From: Candidatus Acidiferrales bacterium
GTDB taxonomy: Bacteria; Acidobacteriota; Terriglobia; Acidiferrales; UBA7541
DNA length: 64,000 nucleotides
Direction: 5' to 3'
Assembly: GCA_035277685.1 (NCBI GenBank)
Contig: DATEKA010000141.1
Coordinates: 2,280 to 66,279, forward strand
The position numbers and the translations under genes were made by a program. Positions 53,788 to 64,000 of the stretch are shown one piece after another (the first letter of the stretch is position 1; each line of letters opens with the position of its first letter). The notes beneath the pieces were generated by a model that made no database searches, was not told the DNA's origin, and saw nothing but the letters and a program-made list of their open reading frames with translations.

Positions 53788-54756
53788 TCAGGGATGAGAC
53801 GAGAAGATGGTGGGAATGCTCGTCGTCTGCTCAGCCAGTTCGCAACGATTTCTTCCATTGCTCTTAGCGCGGTAGAGGGCGTCATCGGCGGAGTGAAGGA
53901 GAGTCTGGGGAAGAGGAGACTCCGCGCGGGCGCTGGCGGCAATCCCAAAGCTCGCCGTCACCTGAATGCGGCGATCGCGGCAGGGGATGACCAGGGACTC
54001 GATCGCTTTCCTGATTCGTTCGGCGATCCCAACAGCGGTTGAGGTGTCCGCCTCCGGCACAATGACGAGGAACTCTTCGCCGCCGTAACGTCCTACGGTA
54101 TCGTATGAGCGGACCGATTCCCTCATGGCGCCGGCAACCTGCCGCAGCACGTCGTCTCCGCAGAGGTGACCGTAGTTGTCGTTGACCTCTTTGAAATGGT
54201 CGATGTCGGCGAGAATTATGGCGAATTTTCCCTTTTCGCGCTTCTGGCGCGCGTACTCGCGATTCAAGTTTTCCAGAATGACCGAGCGGTTCGCAAGACC
54301 GGTGAGCGCATCGTGCGTGGCTCCAAAGCGCAGGGCTTCACGAGCGGCGATCAGTTTGTCCTGCAATTCGATAATGCGCTGGCCCGTACGGAGGCGGGCG
54401 TCAAGTTCTGGCGGATCGAAGGGCTTGCGAACGTAATCGTCCGCTCCGGACTGAAGGCCCTGAAGCAGGTCTTCCCTTTCTGTGCGAGCGGTCAGCAACA
54501 GCAAGTAAGCGTATGGCCGCTCGGCCGACTGCTCGCGAACCCGGCGGCAGACTTCGGTTCCCTCCATGCCAGGCATCACCCAATCCAGGATTGCCAGACG
54601 AGGACCTCCGTCTTCGGAGAGGCACTGAAGCGCCTCTTCGCCATTACCCGCTGTAATCACTTCGTATCCTCGCTTCAAGACGAAGGCCTCGAGCAAACGG
54701 CGGGAAACGACATCGTCCTCTGCGATAAGAATCTTCGGTTTTGGGCTGTCGGTCAT
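53788..54756 (-). CDS. Response regulator / GGDEF diguanylate cyclase (PleD/WspR-like)
   Basis: ATG 54756 gives MTDSPKPKILIAEDDVV...ILDWVMPGMEG (REC). It shows RYGGEEFLVI, with an RSYD I-site 5 residues upstream. The longer track ORF to 54981 overlaps the upstream kinase gene. Confidence 0.88.
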   Translation of the reverse strand: MTDSPKPKILIAEDDVVSRRLLEAFVLKRGYEVITAGNGEEALQCLSEDGGPRLAILDWVMPGMEGTEVCRRVREQSAERPYAYLLLLTARTEREDLLQGLQSGADDYVRKPFDPPELDARLRTGQRIIELQDKLIAAREALRFGATHDALTGLANRSVILENLNREYARQKREKGKFAIILADIDHFKEVNDNYGHLCGDDVLRQVAGAMRESVRSYDTVGRYGGEEFLVIVPEADTSTAVGIAERIRKAIESLVIPCRDRRIQVTASFGIAASARAESPLPQTLLHSADDALYRAKSNGRNRCELAEQTTSIPTIFSSHP

Positions 54757-54779
54757 GAGTCGGACCAAGTCTCCGGTCG

Positions 54780-57700
54780 TCAGGATGGAACCTGCGGGAA
54801 AAGGGACCCCATCTCCTCCACCAGGTGCTCCACTTCTTTCTTGACGCTGTCCCATTGCTGCTGAGCGTCCTCGTGGCTGCCGGCTCGTCCCAGTTTCTCG
54901 AGCTGGAACGCGCAGTCGGAAACTTTGCGGGCTCCAAAATGAGCCGAGGCGCCTTTGAGCCCGTGGGCAAGGCGTTCGCATGCCCTTAAGTCGCGCGTTT
55001 GAAGGGACAACTCAAGAGATGCTTTCGTTTTTGGCCATTCCGCCACGAACAGCCGGGCTACCTCCTCGAGCAGCTCTCTATCGCCGTCCATTCTTTCCAG
55101 GGCCGCGGCCAGATCGAACGTTCCCATCGCGGGCCCGTCCGCGGTCTCTTTCGAGATAGGAGGACCCCCGAAGTTGGTTTCTCGCTTGGTAACACGATCC
55201 AGTGCCTGCAAAAGATCGGCGGAGTCGAGCGGCTTGGTTACATAGTCATCCGCGCCGGCAGCGAGACAGTTCTCGCGGTCGCCTTTCATCGCGTGGGCGG
55301 TTAAAGCGATGATTGGCACATGGCGTCTGCTATCCTGCTCGCGGGCGCGGATGGTTTGAATGGCGGTGAGACCGTCCATCTCAGGCATCTGGATGTCCAT
55401 CAGGACGACGTCAATCGCGCTCTTCTCGCGCTCCACAGCTGCGATCGCATCTAACCCGTTTCCGGCCGTGAGTACCGTGTGTCCGTGTCTTTCGAGGAGT
55501 TTTTGGGCCAGCAGAGAGTTGACGGCATTATCTTCGGCCAGAAGCACTGTCAGTCCCGGCCGGATCGTGCGCCCGTTCCCTGCCGCGAGCGGTTCAGCCG
55601 ATAAGCACGCATCGGGCGGTCCCGAAAATGCCGTCAGGATTGCGTCACGAAGCTCCCACGCTTGCACAGGCTTCAACAGGTGGGCGGCAACGCGCAGTTC
55701 CCGCAGGCGCTGGAGGCTCGGGCCTCCCATCGAACTCAAGATCAGGACCGGAAGAGCGCGGTATTCCGGAATGGCGCGAACGGCCGCGATCAAGGCGATC
55801 CCATCCTGGCCCGGCATCTGCATGTCCGTGATCATCAGAGAAATCCGTTCGTGGTCCGTTCGCGCATTTCGCAAAACGATGAGCGCATCGTCGAATCCGA
55901 CAGCCGTCTCGGCCCGCAATCCCAAATGGCCGAGCATCTCGATGAGAATCTTTCGATTGGTTTCGTTGTCGTCCACAACAAGAACGCGTTGTCCTCGCAG
56001 GAGGAGCTCCGCCGCCGGATCCCCGTTCTCGCCAGGCGCCGCCAAGCCAAACTCGACCGTAAAGTGAAATGTGCTCCCTCGCCCCAATTCACTCTCGACC
56101 CAGATCTTTCCTCCCATCATTTGGACCAGGCGCTCGCTGATGCCCAGACCAAGGCCGGTACCGCCATACTGCCGAGTAGTTGAGCTGTCCCCCTGTGTGA
56201 ACGGTTCAAAGATCAATCTCCGCTTACCGGGTGGTATGCCGATTCCGGTGTCCCGAACGGCGAAGTGCAGAATCGCCGAGCCCGGTGGCCCGTCTTCCTG
56301 CTCCACCTCGACGCCAACTTCTCCTTTTTCCGTGAACTTCAGCGCATTGCCCACCAAATTGACCAAAACCTGTCTCAAACGGCCAACATCGCCCGCCAAA
56401 CTGTCGGGGACGTCCTTGCCCACGCGCCAAGTCAGTTCCAATCCCTTCTGATGGGCGCGGTAGCTCAACGTTTTGAGCGTATCGCCCACGCTTTGCCTGA
56501 GCCCAAAGCTCACGGGTTGCAGGTCGAGCTTTCCCGCTTCGATTTTGGAGAAGTCGAGAATATCGTTCAGGACCACGAGCAGAGAATGCGCCGACGATTC
56601 CACCATGGTTAGATATTCCCGTTGTTCAGGGCTGAGAGCGGTATCGAGGGCCAGTTCCGTCATTCCGATGATCCCGTTCATAGGAGTGCGGATTTCGTGG
56701 CTCATGTTTGCGAGGAACTCGCTTTTTGCACGGCTCGCCGCCTCGGCCGCTTCCTTGGCGTGTACCAGGGTTTCTTGTGCGCGGATTCGCTCCGTAATGT
56801 CCTGATACATTCCCAATGCGCCGGCGACCTTTCCCTCGCTTATGAGGGGGACGGCGTACAATTCGACATCCACAGGGGAGTCATCGCTGCGTTTGCGCCG
56901 GGTAATGAGATGCAGCTGCTTCCCATGCATGATCTGTTCAATGATCTGTGTGGCTTCCTGGACAGAAGAGCCGACGACCTCCTCAATGGGATGGCCCAGG
57001 GCATCATCTCGACGACACCCGAAAAGGACTTCGAAAGCGGGGTTGCACAATTGAACCTGGCGGTTGGGCCCGGCAACGATGATTGCGAGCGGGCTGTTCT
57101 GAATCAGGGAGTTCAGGAAGTCTGTGCGCTCCGCGAGATCTTGCTGTGCTTGCTCCCGGTCTGCGACTTCCTTTTGCAGTTCCTTAGTCCGTTCGTCGAC
57201 TCGCAGTTCCAGGTCATTGCGGGCCTGCTGGAGCGCTTGTTCGTGCCGCTGTATCTGGCCCATCATTTCATTGAAGCGATCGAACAAAAATCCGATCTCG
57301 TCGCTATTCCGCTTGGCAGCGCGGATCGAGTAATCCTTGTGCACAGAAACGGTGAACGCGGCTCGGGCGAGATCCAGGATGGGCTCGGAAATGTTGCGCT
57401 GGAGGCTCGACGAGAGCAGATAGGCGGTGCCAAGAGAGAGAAAAACCACGACGACGAAGATCTCGGCGAAGCCGGCCCCGCGCGCGCGGAGAGCTCCCAG
57501 ATCGGACTTCAAGTAGATCGTCCCGAGGGACTCGCCGCCGAGCTTGATCTGCCGGAACAGAATGAGGTGGCCCTTGCGGATCTTCTCGCGATCCGGCTCC
57601 GCTTTCGGAAAGGCGCTGTTTCTCTGATCCTGGCGAATGTAGCGGGCGAGAATGGACCCATCTTTTCTGTAAACACACGCTTCTACGATGTGCTCTTGCG

Positions 57701-57938
57701 CACTCAGTGAGGCAAGAGTTTCTTGCGCCGCCTCCGCATCTCCGAACGTCAACGCGGCTGTTGTGTTCGAACCCGTTATTTCGGCCACGGTGACCAGCTC
57801 GCTTTTAAGCCGCGCTTCCGACGAAAGAATGTCATCAACCGCGAAGACGAGACACGCCAGCAATATGGCCGCGCCGCAGGTGACGAACATGATGAGCGTC
57901 AGTTTGTGACGGATCGAAAGAGCGCTCGTTCCGAACAT
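54780..57938 (-). CDS. Hybrid sensor histidine kinase: TM / CHASE8-like sensor / HAMP / PAS / HisKA-HATPase / REC / REC / HPt
   Basis: ATG 57938 gives MFGTSALSIRHKLTLIMFVTCGAAILLACLVFAV, and its A is shared with the last base of the upstream gene's TGA stop. The periplasmic segment ...VAEITGSNTTAALTFGDAEAAQETLASLSAQEHIVEACVYRKDG... resembles CHASE8 from memory. The H-box is MSHEIRTPMNG. It has two REC domains and a C-terminal HPt (AHGLKGASAHFGA). Confidence 0.85.
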   Translation of the reverse strand: MFGTSALSIRHKLTLIMFVTCGAAILLACLVFAVDDILSSEARLKSELVTVAEITGSNTTAALTFGDAEAAQETLASLSAQEHIVEACVYRKDGSILARYIRQDQRNSAFPKAEPDREKIRKGHLILFRQIKLGGESLGTIYLKSDLGALRARGAGFAEIFVVVVFLSLGTAYLLSSSLQRNISEPILDLARAAFTVSVHKDYSIRAAKRNSDEIGFLFDRFNEMMGQIQRHEQALQQARNDLELRVDERTKELQKEVADREQAQQDLAERTDFLNSLIQNSPLAIIVAGPNRQVQLCNPAFEVLFGCRRDDALGHPIEEVVGSSVQEATQIIEQIMHGKQLHLITRRKRSDDSPVDVELYAVPLISEGKVAGALGMYQDITERIRAQETLVHAKEAAEAASRAKSEFLANMSHEIRTPMNGIIGMTELALDTALSPEQREYLTMVESSAHSLLVVLNDILDFSKIEAGKLDLQPVSFGLRQSVGDTLKTLSYRAHQKGLELTWRVGKDVPDSLAGDVGRLRQVLVNLVGNALKFTEKGEVGVEVEQEDGPPGSAILHFAVRDTGIGIPPGKRRLIFEPFTQGDSSTTRQYGGTGLGLGISERLVQMMGGKIWVESELGRGSTFHFTVEFGLAAPGENGDPAAELLLRGQRVLVVDDNETNRKILIEMLGHLGLRAETAVGFDDALIVLRNARTDHERISLMITDMQMPGQDGIALIAAVRAIPEYRALPVLILSSMGGPSLQRLRELRVAAHLLKPVQAWELRDAILTAFSGPPDACLSAEPLAAGNGRTIRPGLTVLLAEDNAVNSLLAQKLLERHGHTVLTAGNGLDAIAAVEREKSAIDVVLMDIQMPEMDGLTAIQTIRAREQDSRRHVPIIALTAHAMKGDRENCLAAGADDYVTKPLDSADLLQALDRVTKRETNFGGPPISKETADGPAMGTFDLAAALERMDGDRELLEEVARLFVAEWPKTKASLELSLQTRDLRACERLAHGLKGASAHFGARKVSDCAFQLEKLGRAGSHEDAQQQWDSVKKEVEHLVEEMGSLFPQVPS

Positions 57939-58498
57939 CAGCTCTTCCCGCCGTTCTGTCCGTCGCGGACGATCGTCGCCAGGGCCAAAAGCTTCGAACT
58001 TATCTCCAGCCCGGCTCGCCGAATCGCCTCGGGATTGATGGCGAAACGCACATGGTTCGCTTCGAGAGTGAACTGGATCGCTCCGCCGCCGGCGGCGAAG
58101 CCGTCGGTTTCGCCTACGAGCAAGGTATGAGCGCCGCGCATGGCGCCGAAAATTGCCGATAGGCGTGATTTCTCTGACGAGCTCACGAAGAGGATCTGAC
58201 AATGCCAGCCGGCATCGGCGTCCTTGATTCGCCAAACGGCGACAGGCCGATTCGTAATGAACTTTCCGCGAAGGGTATTCAGCGCATCTCCGAAGGGATC
58301 TTCGCCCAGGACGCAAATCGAGAACGGCGCTCCTTCGCCTATATAGCTGCTCTGGGGCCATTCGACAAACTTGGCGAAGTTGAATAAAAAAGCGGCCTTC
58401 ACCTGATACTCGGTCGGAGAAGGCTGTTGACTCCAAACCGCAGGCGTACCCAGCCACGCGGCTGCGATGAGAGTCATTCCGGCGCGGGCGGCAAGCAT
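57938..58498 (-). CDS. YfiR-like (DUF4154) periplasmic protein
   Basis: ATG 58498 gives the signal peptide MLAARAGMTLIAAAWLGTPAVWS. It shows EYQVKAAFLFNFAKFVEWP...FSICVLGEDPFG...ILFVSSSE...HTLLVGET.GF...GGAIQFTLEANHVRFAINP.A, matching the YfiR pattern. Confidence 0.8.
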   Translation of the reverse strand: MLAARAGMTLIAAAWLGTPAVWSQQPSPTEYQVKAAFLFNFAKFVEWPQSSYIGEGAPFSICVLGEDPFGDALNTLRGKFITNRPVAVWRIKDADAGWHCQILFVSSSEKSRLSAIFGAMRGAHTLLVGETDGFAAGGGAIQFTLEANHVRFAINPEAIRRAGLEISSKLLALATIVRDGQNGGKS

Positions 58499-58580
58499 CG
58501 GGCATCCGGCTCGCCAACTGCGGCGAATCGTCGAACAAGCTCCTATGCCGCGCGGAGGATTCAAGAGGCACTCAGGCACA

Positions 58581-60560
58581 TCAGAATTTCCATCTCCACT
58601 GGATATACGCGCTGCGTTTGACCAGGGTCGTCCCCGCGCTTCCCGTTGTGTCGACAAATTCTTCGTGGCGGTCCTTCAACAGGTTCTGACCGATGAAGCT
58701 GACATCGAAATTCCCGTTCCAGCGCCAGGTCAGCGCCGTATCAAGCCGTGTATACGACGGGATCTCCGGGTCGTTGAGCCGGCCCGAAAAGTATGTGGAT
58801 GTGTCCAACGAAAGACGGTATGGCAGAGAAATATGCGAGCGGAGCTGTGCTGAATTTACCGGACTGCTGCCCTCGGCATCCGAGACGGAGGTGGTGTCGT
58901 GGCTCGACAGTCTCAGATGCATGTGGATCTGCTCGAACGCGTACCCGGGACTCAACGTCCACCAGTTTGCGATTTTCCAGTTCGCGTAGATTTCAGTTCC
59001 GTGGGATTCTCCATAGCTCAGGTTCCGATAAACCAGTGGCAGCACCATGTGGGGAGGGGTGGGCGCCGATTCGAAGAACGGGGCGGCTGGTTCGGCCGTT
59101 TCTTGGTCTCCGTACTTGTTGTAGTAGGCCGTGAAATCCACTGAGAGCTGCTCTGCGAGAGAGAACCTGTAGCCCGCCTCGTAGGTATCAGTCGTCTCGT
59201 TCTTTAGGTTCGGACTGCCGGTCAGGCGAAGTGCAACCGGCCCGTTCGGTCCGGCGAATCCGCCCAGAGCCGCGCGAATATATTCGTCCGTATCCGAAGG
59301 AGTACGGTCCGCCTTCGATGCCGCCGCCCAAAACGCTTGGCGCGCGCCAGGCGTCCACACCAACCGGACGCTGGGCATCGCGTCAAAACCCGTGTAATCG
59401 TTGTGCTCGAGTTTCGTCCCAATCGTCAGAAAAAGCCGGTCCGGTGCCAGCACGATTTCGCCCTGGGCGAAGGCGCCGAACAGTTTCGTATCAGGGTTCG
59501 GCGGATCAAGGCTGATAAGCGCGCTGCCGACGCTGCGCGACTGTGAGAAGCGGACTTCCGCTCCCCAAATCAGGTTCTGCCGGCTACCCCAGGAGAAGTG
59601 GTGCTGAAAGGCTACATCAACCGTCCCCCTGGTCTCGCCCAGGTAGTCGTTGCGTTCATACTCATCGTAGGAGGCCTGAAGGCTCGTGCCGGCACGAGCG
59701 GAGGTCGTGTGTTCCCAGGTTGCCTGAATGAAGCCGCCCCCCAGATTAACTTGCTTCTCAACATCGGGAACAAGCGGAGCAACGATGCTGTCGAGCGCCT
59801 GCGCGGGATTCCCCTCGCGCCCCCGATATAGATCTCCCTCGAAGGTCAGCGTGTCCCTACTCGAGAGATCGGTGTCGGCGCGAAACCCGGCTCGCGAAAC
59901 GCTCCAGCCGTCGCCTCCATCCATACCGTTAAGATTCGGAAAGTGGTCTTCATTGAGGTACTTCATGAAGGCGCGGAAGGCAGTTTTTCCGGCTTTTGCA
60001 CCGTACTGCACGGTTCCAAATCCCTGGTTCGCAGTCCCACCGCCCGCGACCACTAACCCGCCCTGCGTGTCCGACGCTTTCTTCGTGATGATGTTGATCA
60101 CGCCATTGACGGCGTTTGCGCCCCAAACCGATGCGCCCGGCCCGCGAATCACCTCGATTCGCTCGATGTCATCGAGTGGCACGTCCAAGACGTCCCAGAA
60201 AACTCCGCCTGTCGTCTGCGTATAAACGCTGCGGCCGTCCAACAGAACCAGCAACTCATTCGCGAAGCGACCGTTGAGACCGCGCGCACTGATCGCCCAC
60301 GTGTTCGCGTTAATCTGTGCCACATCCATTCCCGGCACCATCCGCAAAAGGTCCGGGATATTCGTGGCTCCCGAACGCCGAATGTCTTCCTGCTTAATCA
60401 CGAAGACCGCTGACGCTGTTTGCGAAAGCCTTTGTTCTCGTTTTGAAACCGAGGTGACCTCGACGTTCATCAGGCTTTCCAGGCTCTCGCTGGTGAGGTC
60501 GACCTGTTTCTCCTGCGCCCGAACAGGAATGGCCAGCGCGATCGTCAAACCAAGAACCAT
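58581..60560 (-). CDS. TonB-dependent outer-membrane receptor
   Basis: The plug is VTSVSKREQRLSQTASAVFVIKQEDIRRSGATNIPDLLRMVPGMDV and IERIEVIRGPGASVWGANAVNGVINIITK. It has a 22-strand-type barrel with terminal ...YIQWRWKF. The start is uncertain (ATG 60560 chosen, and the ORF is open to 60785). Confidence 0.88.
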   Translation of the reverse strand: MVLGLTIALAIPVRAQEKQVDLTSESLESLMNVEVTSVSKREQRLSQTASAVFVIKQEDIRRSGATNIPDLLRMVPGMDVAQINANTWAISARGLNGRFANELLVLLDGRSVYTQTTGGVFWDVLDVPLDDIERIEVIRGPGASVWGANAVNGVINIITKKASDTQGGLVVAGGGTANQGFGTVQYGAKAGKTAFRAFMKYLNEDHFPNLNGMDGGDGWSVSRAGFRADTDLSSRDTLTFEGDLYRGREGNPAQALDSIVAPLVPDVEKQVNLGGGFIQATWEHTTSARAGTSLQASYDEYERNDYLGETRGTVDVAFQHHFSWGSRQNLIWGAEVRFSQSRSVGSALISLDPPNPDTKLFGAFAQGEIVLAPDRLFLTIGTKLEHNDYTGFDAMPSVRLVWTPGARQAFWAAASKADRTPSDTDEYIRAALGGFAGPNGPVALRLTGSPNLKNETTDTYEAGYRFSLAEQLSVDFTAYYNKYGDQETAEPAAPFFESAPTPPHMVLPLVYRNLSYGESHGTEIYANWKIANWWTLSPGYAFEQIHMHLRLSSHDTTSVSDAEGSSPVNSAQLRSHISLPYRLSLDTSTYFSGRLNDPEIPSYTRLDTALTWRWNGNFDVSFIGQNLLKDRHEEFVDTTGSAGTTLVKRSAYIQWRWKF

Positions 60561-61039
60561 TAAGCCTCGGCGTCGTCGAATCGTTTGCGCTTGCCTAACG
60601 GCACGCGCGCCGCCAAGAACGCCTAGATTCGTAGGTCGTTCCGTGCGTTCGCCTTCAGAGAGGCCGGCGTGAACCGGCAATGCCGTGTGAATGCTGATGC
60701 CCCTGCCAACCTGCTTCGTCGCGATTCCACGCTGCACTCCGCTCTTGCCGGCGGTCACAAGTGCCGGGGGATCCCCAGGACGCATGACGCATGCGAAGCA
60801 AAGAGACGGCCAAGCCGTGCTGTTCGCGCAGCTTGCAATTATTTTGTTTCCATTGATTTACAGGAAGGGGTGAGCGCGCACCTCAGCCGATTATTCCCGA
60901 AATGCTCCCCGGACAGACTCCGCCGCCCCAATATGAAACCCAGGTAAATATTCCGTTACACCGTCTCCTGCGAGCCTAACCGCCTTGCTTCCGGTAGTCT
61001 TTTTCCGTATGGTGTGCTTGGCAAATTCCGAGCGAGGCG

Positions 61040-61735
61040 ATGAAACGAGTTCTGCTGATCGAAGACGATAAAGACATCGTCGAGCTGGTGAGGTACAACC
61101 TGGACAAGGAAGGTTTCCAGTGCGCCAGCGCGAGCGATGGAGCCACGGGTCTGGCACAGGTCCGTAAGGCGCCCCCCGATCTGCTGATTCTCGATCTCAT
61201 GCTCCCCAAAGTCGCGGGGCTCGAAATTTGCAAAGAAGTCCGTAAAGACGCGAGTCTCAATCGCCTGCCGATTCTGATCCTGACGGCCAAGGGCGAAGAA
61301 GCGGATCGCGTCGTGGGCCTCGAACTGGGGGCCGACGATTACGTGACAAAGCCGTTCAGCCCGCGAGAGCTTGTCGCGCGGATCAAGGCTTTGCTCAGGC
61401 GATCCGAACCCGGAACGCCTTCGGAAAAGCTCATTGAGATTGGCGCACTGCGTATCGATCCCGCGGCGTACCGGGTGACGCGCGGCGGGAAGCCGGTCCC
61501 GATGAGCACTTTGGAGTTCCGGTTGCTGTATTTCCTGGCATCGAGGCCCAACCGCGTCTTTTCGCGCGATCAATTGCTGGACGCCGTTTGGGGAACGGAA
61601 CGGTTCGTCACGCCTCGCAGCGTAGACGTTTACGTTCGCCGTCTCCGCGAAAAAATCGAGATGGATCCGCAACGCCCGGCCTACATGAAGACGATGCGTG
61701 GAGCCGGGTACCTCTTCGAAACTCGTGCGAGCTAA
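61040..61735 (+). CDS. phoB: OmpR/PhoB-family response regulator
   Basis: Shows [17 protein letters not shown]...[15 protein letters not shown]...[30 protein letters not shown] plus a winged helix ([27 protein letters not shown]). The context is phoR and phoU. Confidence 0.85.
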   Translation: MKRVLLIEDDKDIVELVRYNLDKEGFQCASASDGATGLAQVRKAPPDLLILDLMLPKVAGLEICKEVRKDASLNRLPILILTAKGEEADRVVGLELGADDYVTKPFSPRELVARIKALLRRSEPGTPSEKLIEIGALRIDPAAYRVTRGGKPVPMSTLEFRLLYFLASRPNRVFSRDQLLDAVWGTERFVTPRSVDVYVRRLREKIEMDPQRPAYMKTMRGAGYLFETRAS

Positions 61736-63512
61736 GCTCTTTTGGAAGCTCGGTCTGAGCTACGTCGTCCTCCTTCTGGGCGTGCTGTTTGCCGTCGATC
61801 TGTACTGGGCGCGCGTCCTTCGCCGTGACTACATTCGCGAGGCAAACGACAGACTGGCTGCGTTGACGAAGCTGGCCATAGCTCAACGCCCGCAGCCCGA
61901 TGCCAAATCCGGCCTACACACATGGGTGCAGCAGATGGCGAGCGGCGGAGCGCGAGTTACCGTATTCGCGGCGGATGGCGCGGTTCTTGCAGATTCGGCC
62001 CCGGTCAGCGAAGGCTCTGCCGGCTCGATGGATGCAGAGGTTCGGAAAGCGCTGCTCACCGGCGAGGGAGACGCGGTGCGGCCCGACCCTGGGCTTGGTA
62101 CCGACGCCGTCTACCGGGCCGTGCGCTATCAGCGGCCGCCCGGCGTTCCCATAGTCATTCGCATGGCGATTCCGATCATCCAGGCCGATGTCCAGCGCGC
62201 ACAAATGCGCCGGAGCTTGCTGGCCGGGTCGTTAGCAATTCTTGTCGCCGGTATTGGTGTGTCGTTCATCTTTTCACGCAGGTTCGCCAGCCGGATCGAG
62301 GAGCTAAAATATTTTTCACGGCGCGTCGCGGGCGGGGATTTTCGTCCGCTCCAATTTGCAGGACCTCGAGATGAAATCGCCGACCTCGCGGATGCTCTGA
62401 ACGAAACCGCTGCGCGGCTTGACGCCACGATCGAATCGCTCAGCAGCGAGCGCAATCGTTCGAGCGCGATTCTGCGCAGCATGGCCGAGGGTGTCGGCGT
62501 GATTGACGCTCACGAGCGGCTCATCTTCTTCAACCGCGCCTTCGGCCAGATTCTGAACCTCGACGCCGGGACGGGCCAAGGGCGTCCCGTGATTGAAATC
62601 GTCCGCAATTCGCAACTGTTGGCGCTAATTCGCAAAGCACTCGCCGGCGAGGAAGGATTGCAGGAAGATATCGCGATGGGCTTCGTTCAGCAGCGCAGTT
62701 TTTCCGTGACTGCCGCTCCTGTGAATCCTTTCGACGCCGCGGGCGTCTCAGGAAAACCAACGGACGCAGGAAAGCCGTCCGGCGCTGTCGTGGTGCTGCA
62801 CGATGTGTCGGAACTGCGTCGCCTGGAGCGCGTTCGACAGGACTTTGCCGCCAACGTGTCCCACGAGTTCAAAACGCCCCTCACCGCCATCCGGGGGTTT
62901 GCCGAGACCCTCCTGGGCGGGGCCATCGATGATCCCGCGAACAACCGGCGATTTCTGGAAATCATTCGCGATCATGCCACCCGTCTCGGTCGCCTTACAG
63001 ACGACCTCATGAAACTGGCGCGCATCGAGGCGGGAAAACTCGAAGTGCAGTTTTCTCCGGTGAATTTGGCCGATGTAGCGGGCGCATGCGAAGAAACTGC
63101 TCTGCTGAAGGCCGGACGCAAGCAAATTGCTCTCGAACTGGACGTTCCCGCTTCGCTGCCGGCGGTGCGGGGAGACACACACCTCCTGCACGAAGTTCTG
63201 CAGAATCTTCTCGACAATGCGGTCCAGTACACGCATCCGGGCGGAAAGATTCAGATCACCGCAAGATCGCGTGAACGCGACGCGGTGGTCACGGTGGCGG
63301 ACACGGGAATTGGAATTCCACTGGCGGAACAGGAGCGGATTTTCGAGCGCTTTTACCGCGTGGATGCCGCGCGGTCTCGCGAGGCCGGCGGAACGGGCCT
63401 TGGCCTCTCGATCGCGCGGCACATCGTCGAAGCGCACGGGGGTCGCATCTGGGTAGAAAGCGAAGTTGGCACTGGCTCGAAGTTTTCCTTTTCCGTTCCT
63501 CTTGCGTCCTGA
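61725..63512 (+). CDS. phoR: PhoR-like sensor histidine kinase (TM-HAMP-PAS-HisKA-HATPase)
   Basis: Starts [24 protein letters not shown]. The H-box is [19 protein letters not shown], and the N/G boxes are [10 protein letters not shown] and [18 protein letters not shown]. The start is GTG 61725 or GTG 61698, and it overlaps the phoB end. Confidence 0.85.
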   Translation: MRAKLFWKLGLSYVVLLLGVLFAVDLYWARVLRRDYIREANDRLAALTKLAIAQRPQPDAKSGLHTWVQQMASGGARVTVFAADGAVLADSAPVSEGSAGSMDAEVRKALLTGEGDAVRPDPGLGTDAVYRAVRYQRPPGVPIVIRMAIPIIQADVQRAQMRRSLLAGSLAILVAGIGVSFIFSRRFASRIEELKYFSRRVAGGDFRPLQFAGPRDEIADLADALNETAARLDATIESLSSERNRSSAILRSMAEGVGVIDAHERLIFFNRAFGQILNLDAGTGQGRPVIEIVRNSQLLALIRKALAGEEGLQEDIAMGFVQQRSFSVTAAPVNPFDAAGVSGKPTDAGKPSGAVVVLHDVSELRRLERVRQDFAANVSHEFKTPLTAIRGFAETLLGGAIDDPANNRRFLEIIRDHATRLGRLTDDLMKLARIEAGKLEVQFSPVNLADVAGACEETALLKAGRKQIALELDVPASLPAVRGDTHLLHEVLQNLLDNAVQYTHPGGKIQITARSRERDAVVTVADTGIGIPLAEQERIFERFYRVDAARSREAGGTGLGLSIARHIVEAHGGRIWVESEVGTGSKFSFSVPLAS

Positions 63513-63628
63513 CTATTTCCGGCCGAGTTTCGCAAGATTCATCCGGCATTCATCTACTTGCAATCTCCAAGACTCAATGTGGAATGGGAGATAAGAGAGA
63601 TAGAGCGAAGCTCCCGGGAGAACACTAC

Positions 63629-64000
63629 ATGGGAACGGCAAAAAGCGGCTCAGAAACAGTGTTGCAGAGCGTTCTGGTGAACTACCTGGTCTCGCAGGCT
63701 CGAACCGTGGAGGCGTCGCTGAACCGGGCACTATGGGCGCTTCTCGAGCGCAACGAGAAGGTCGCCAGTGAAGTATTCCTGACGGAGCCTCGTATCAACG
63801 AGATGGAGATCGTGATCGACGAGCACGCCATCCGCTTGCTCAAAGACAAGAATCTGCTGGAATCCGACCTTCGCCTGATTGTGGCAGCCCTGAAGGTCAA
63901 CAATGACTTGGAGCGCATGGGCGACCTCGCTGTGAATCTGAGCCAGAGCGCAATTTCCCTGGCCGGCATGAACGATGTGACGCCGCCGACAGAGCTCGAG
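63629..64000 (+). CDS. phoU: Phosphate signalling complex protein PhoU (partial, runs off window end)
   Basis: My translation is MGTAKSGSETVLQSVLVNYLVSQARTVEASLNRALWALLERNEKVASEVFLTEPRINEMEIVIDEHAIRLL...SDLRLIVAALKVNNDLERMGDLAVNLSQ. GGGAGA lies 7 nt upstream. It is not in the track because no stop is reached. Confidence 0.8.
   Translation, partial: MGTAKSGSETVLQSVLVNYLVSQARTVEASLNRALWALLERNEKVASEVFLTEPRINEMEIVIDEHAIRLLKDKNLLESDLRLIVAALKVNNDLERMGDLAVNLSQSAISLAGMNDVTPPTELE

Noticed and set aside
61003-61017. TGGCAA-ATTCC-GAGC upstream of phoB as a sigma-54 promoter
   Set aside because: The -12 element is weak, and it lies only about 25 nt from the ATG, which leaves no room for the SD-containing leader. 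phoB genes are normally sigma-70/Pho-box driven.
1-64000. Search for CRISPR arrays, IS elements, integrases, toxin-antitoxin pairs or phage genes, including next to the tRNA at 39979-40053
   Set aside because: I found no regularly spaced direct repeats, no transposase/integrase/recombinase-like translations, and no att-like duplication of the tRNA 3' end.

Overview
The window is about 60% GC and looks like chromosomal DNA from Acidobacteriota. The main clue is a PadR regulator followed by two ADOP-type duplicated orphan MacB/FtsX permeases. All calls come from reading the six-frame track and my own translations, with no database searches. I saw no CRISPR array, transposase, integrase or prophage genes.

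Housekeeping genes:
- coaE, folD, the dnaG-rpoD pair, mutS2, gltA, one tRNA(CAU) and phoB-phoR-phoU.

Envelope and signalling genes:
- Two processive GT2 glycan synthases.
- An IPT/TIG-PD40 lipoprotein and an OprB-like porin.
- An HtrA protease.
- A 1,900-aa cytoplasmic poly-HAMP hybrid kinase coupled to a REC-PAS-HisKA_3 kinase.
- A TonB receptor / YfiR-like / CHASE8-like hybrid kinase / REC-GGDEF module.
- A BlaI/BlaR1-like pair.
- An orphan mglA.

The most interesting locus is 20.5-29 kb:
- It starts with an operon of three HlyD-type adaptor proteins and no pump: GAFx3-TM-HlyD, a HlyD lipoprotein, and a PqqD-like-M50 protease-HlyD fusion.
- This operon converges on three tandem, paralogous, very lysine-rich micro-ORFs of 34-37 aa that are missing from the ORF track.
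- The first micro-ORF sits behind a near-consensus sigma-54 -24/-12 promoter.
- The promoter lies immediately downstream of a sigma-54 enhancer-binding protein whose receiver domain lacks the phospho-acceptor Asp.
- I propose this as a candidate uncharacterised peptide processing/export or signalling system.

Start codons are often ambiguous, and stop coordinates are more reliable.
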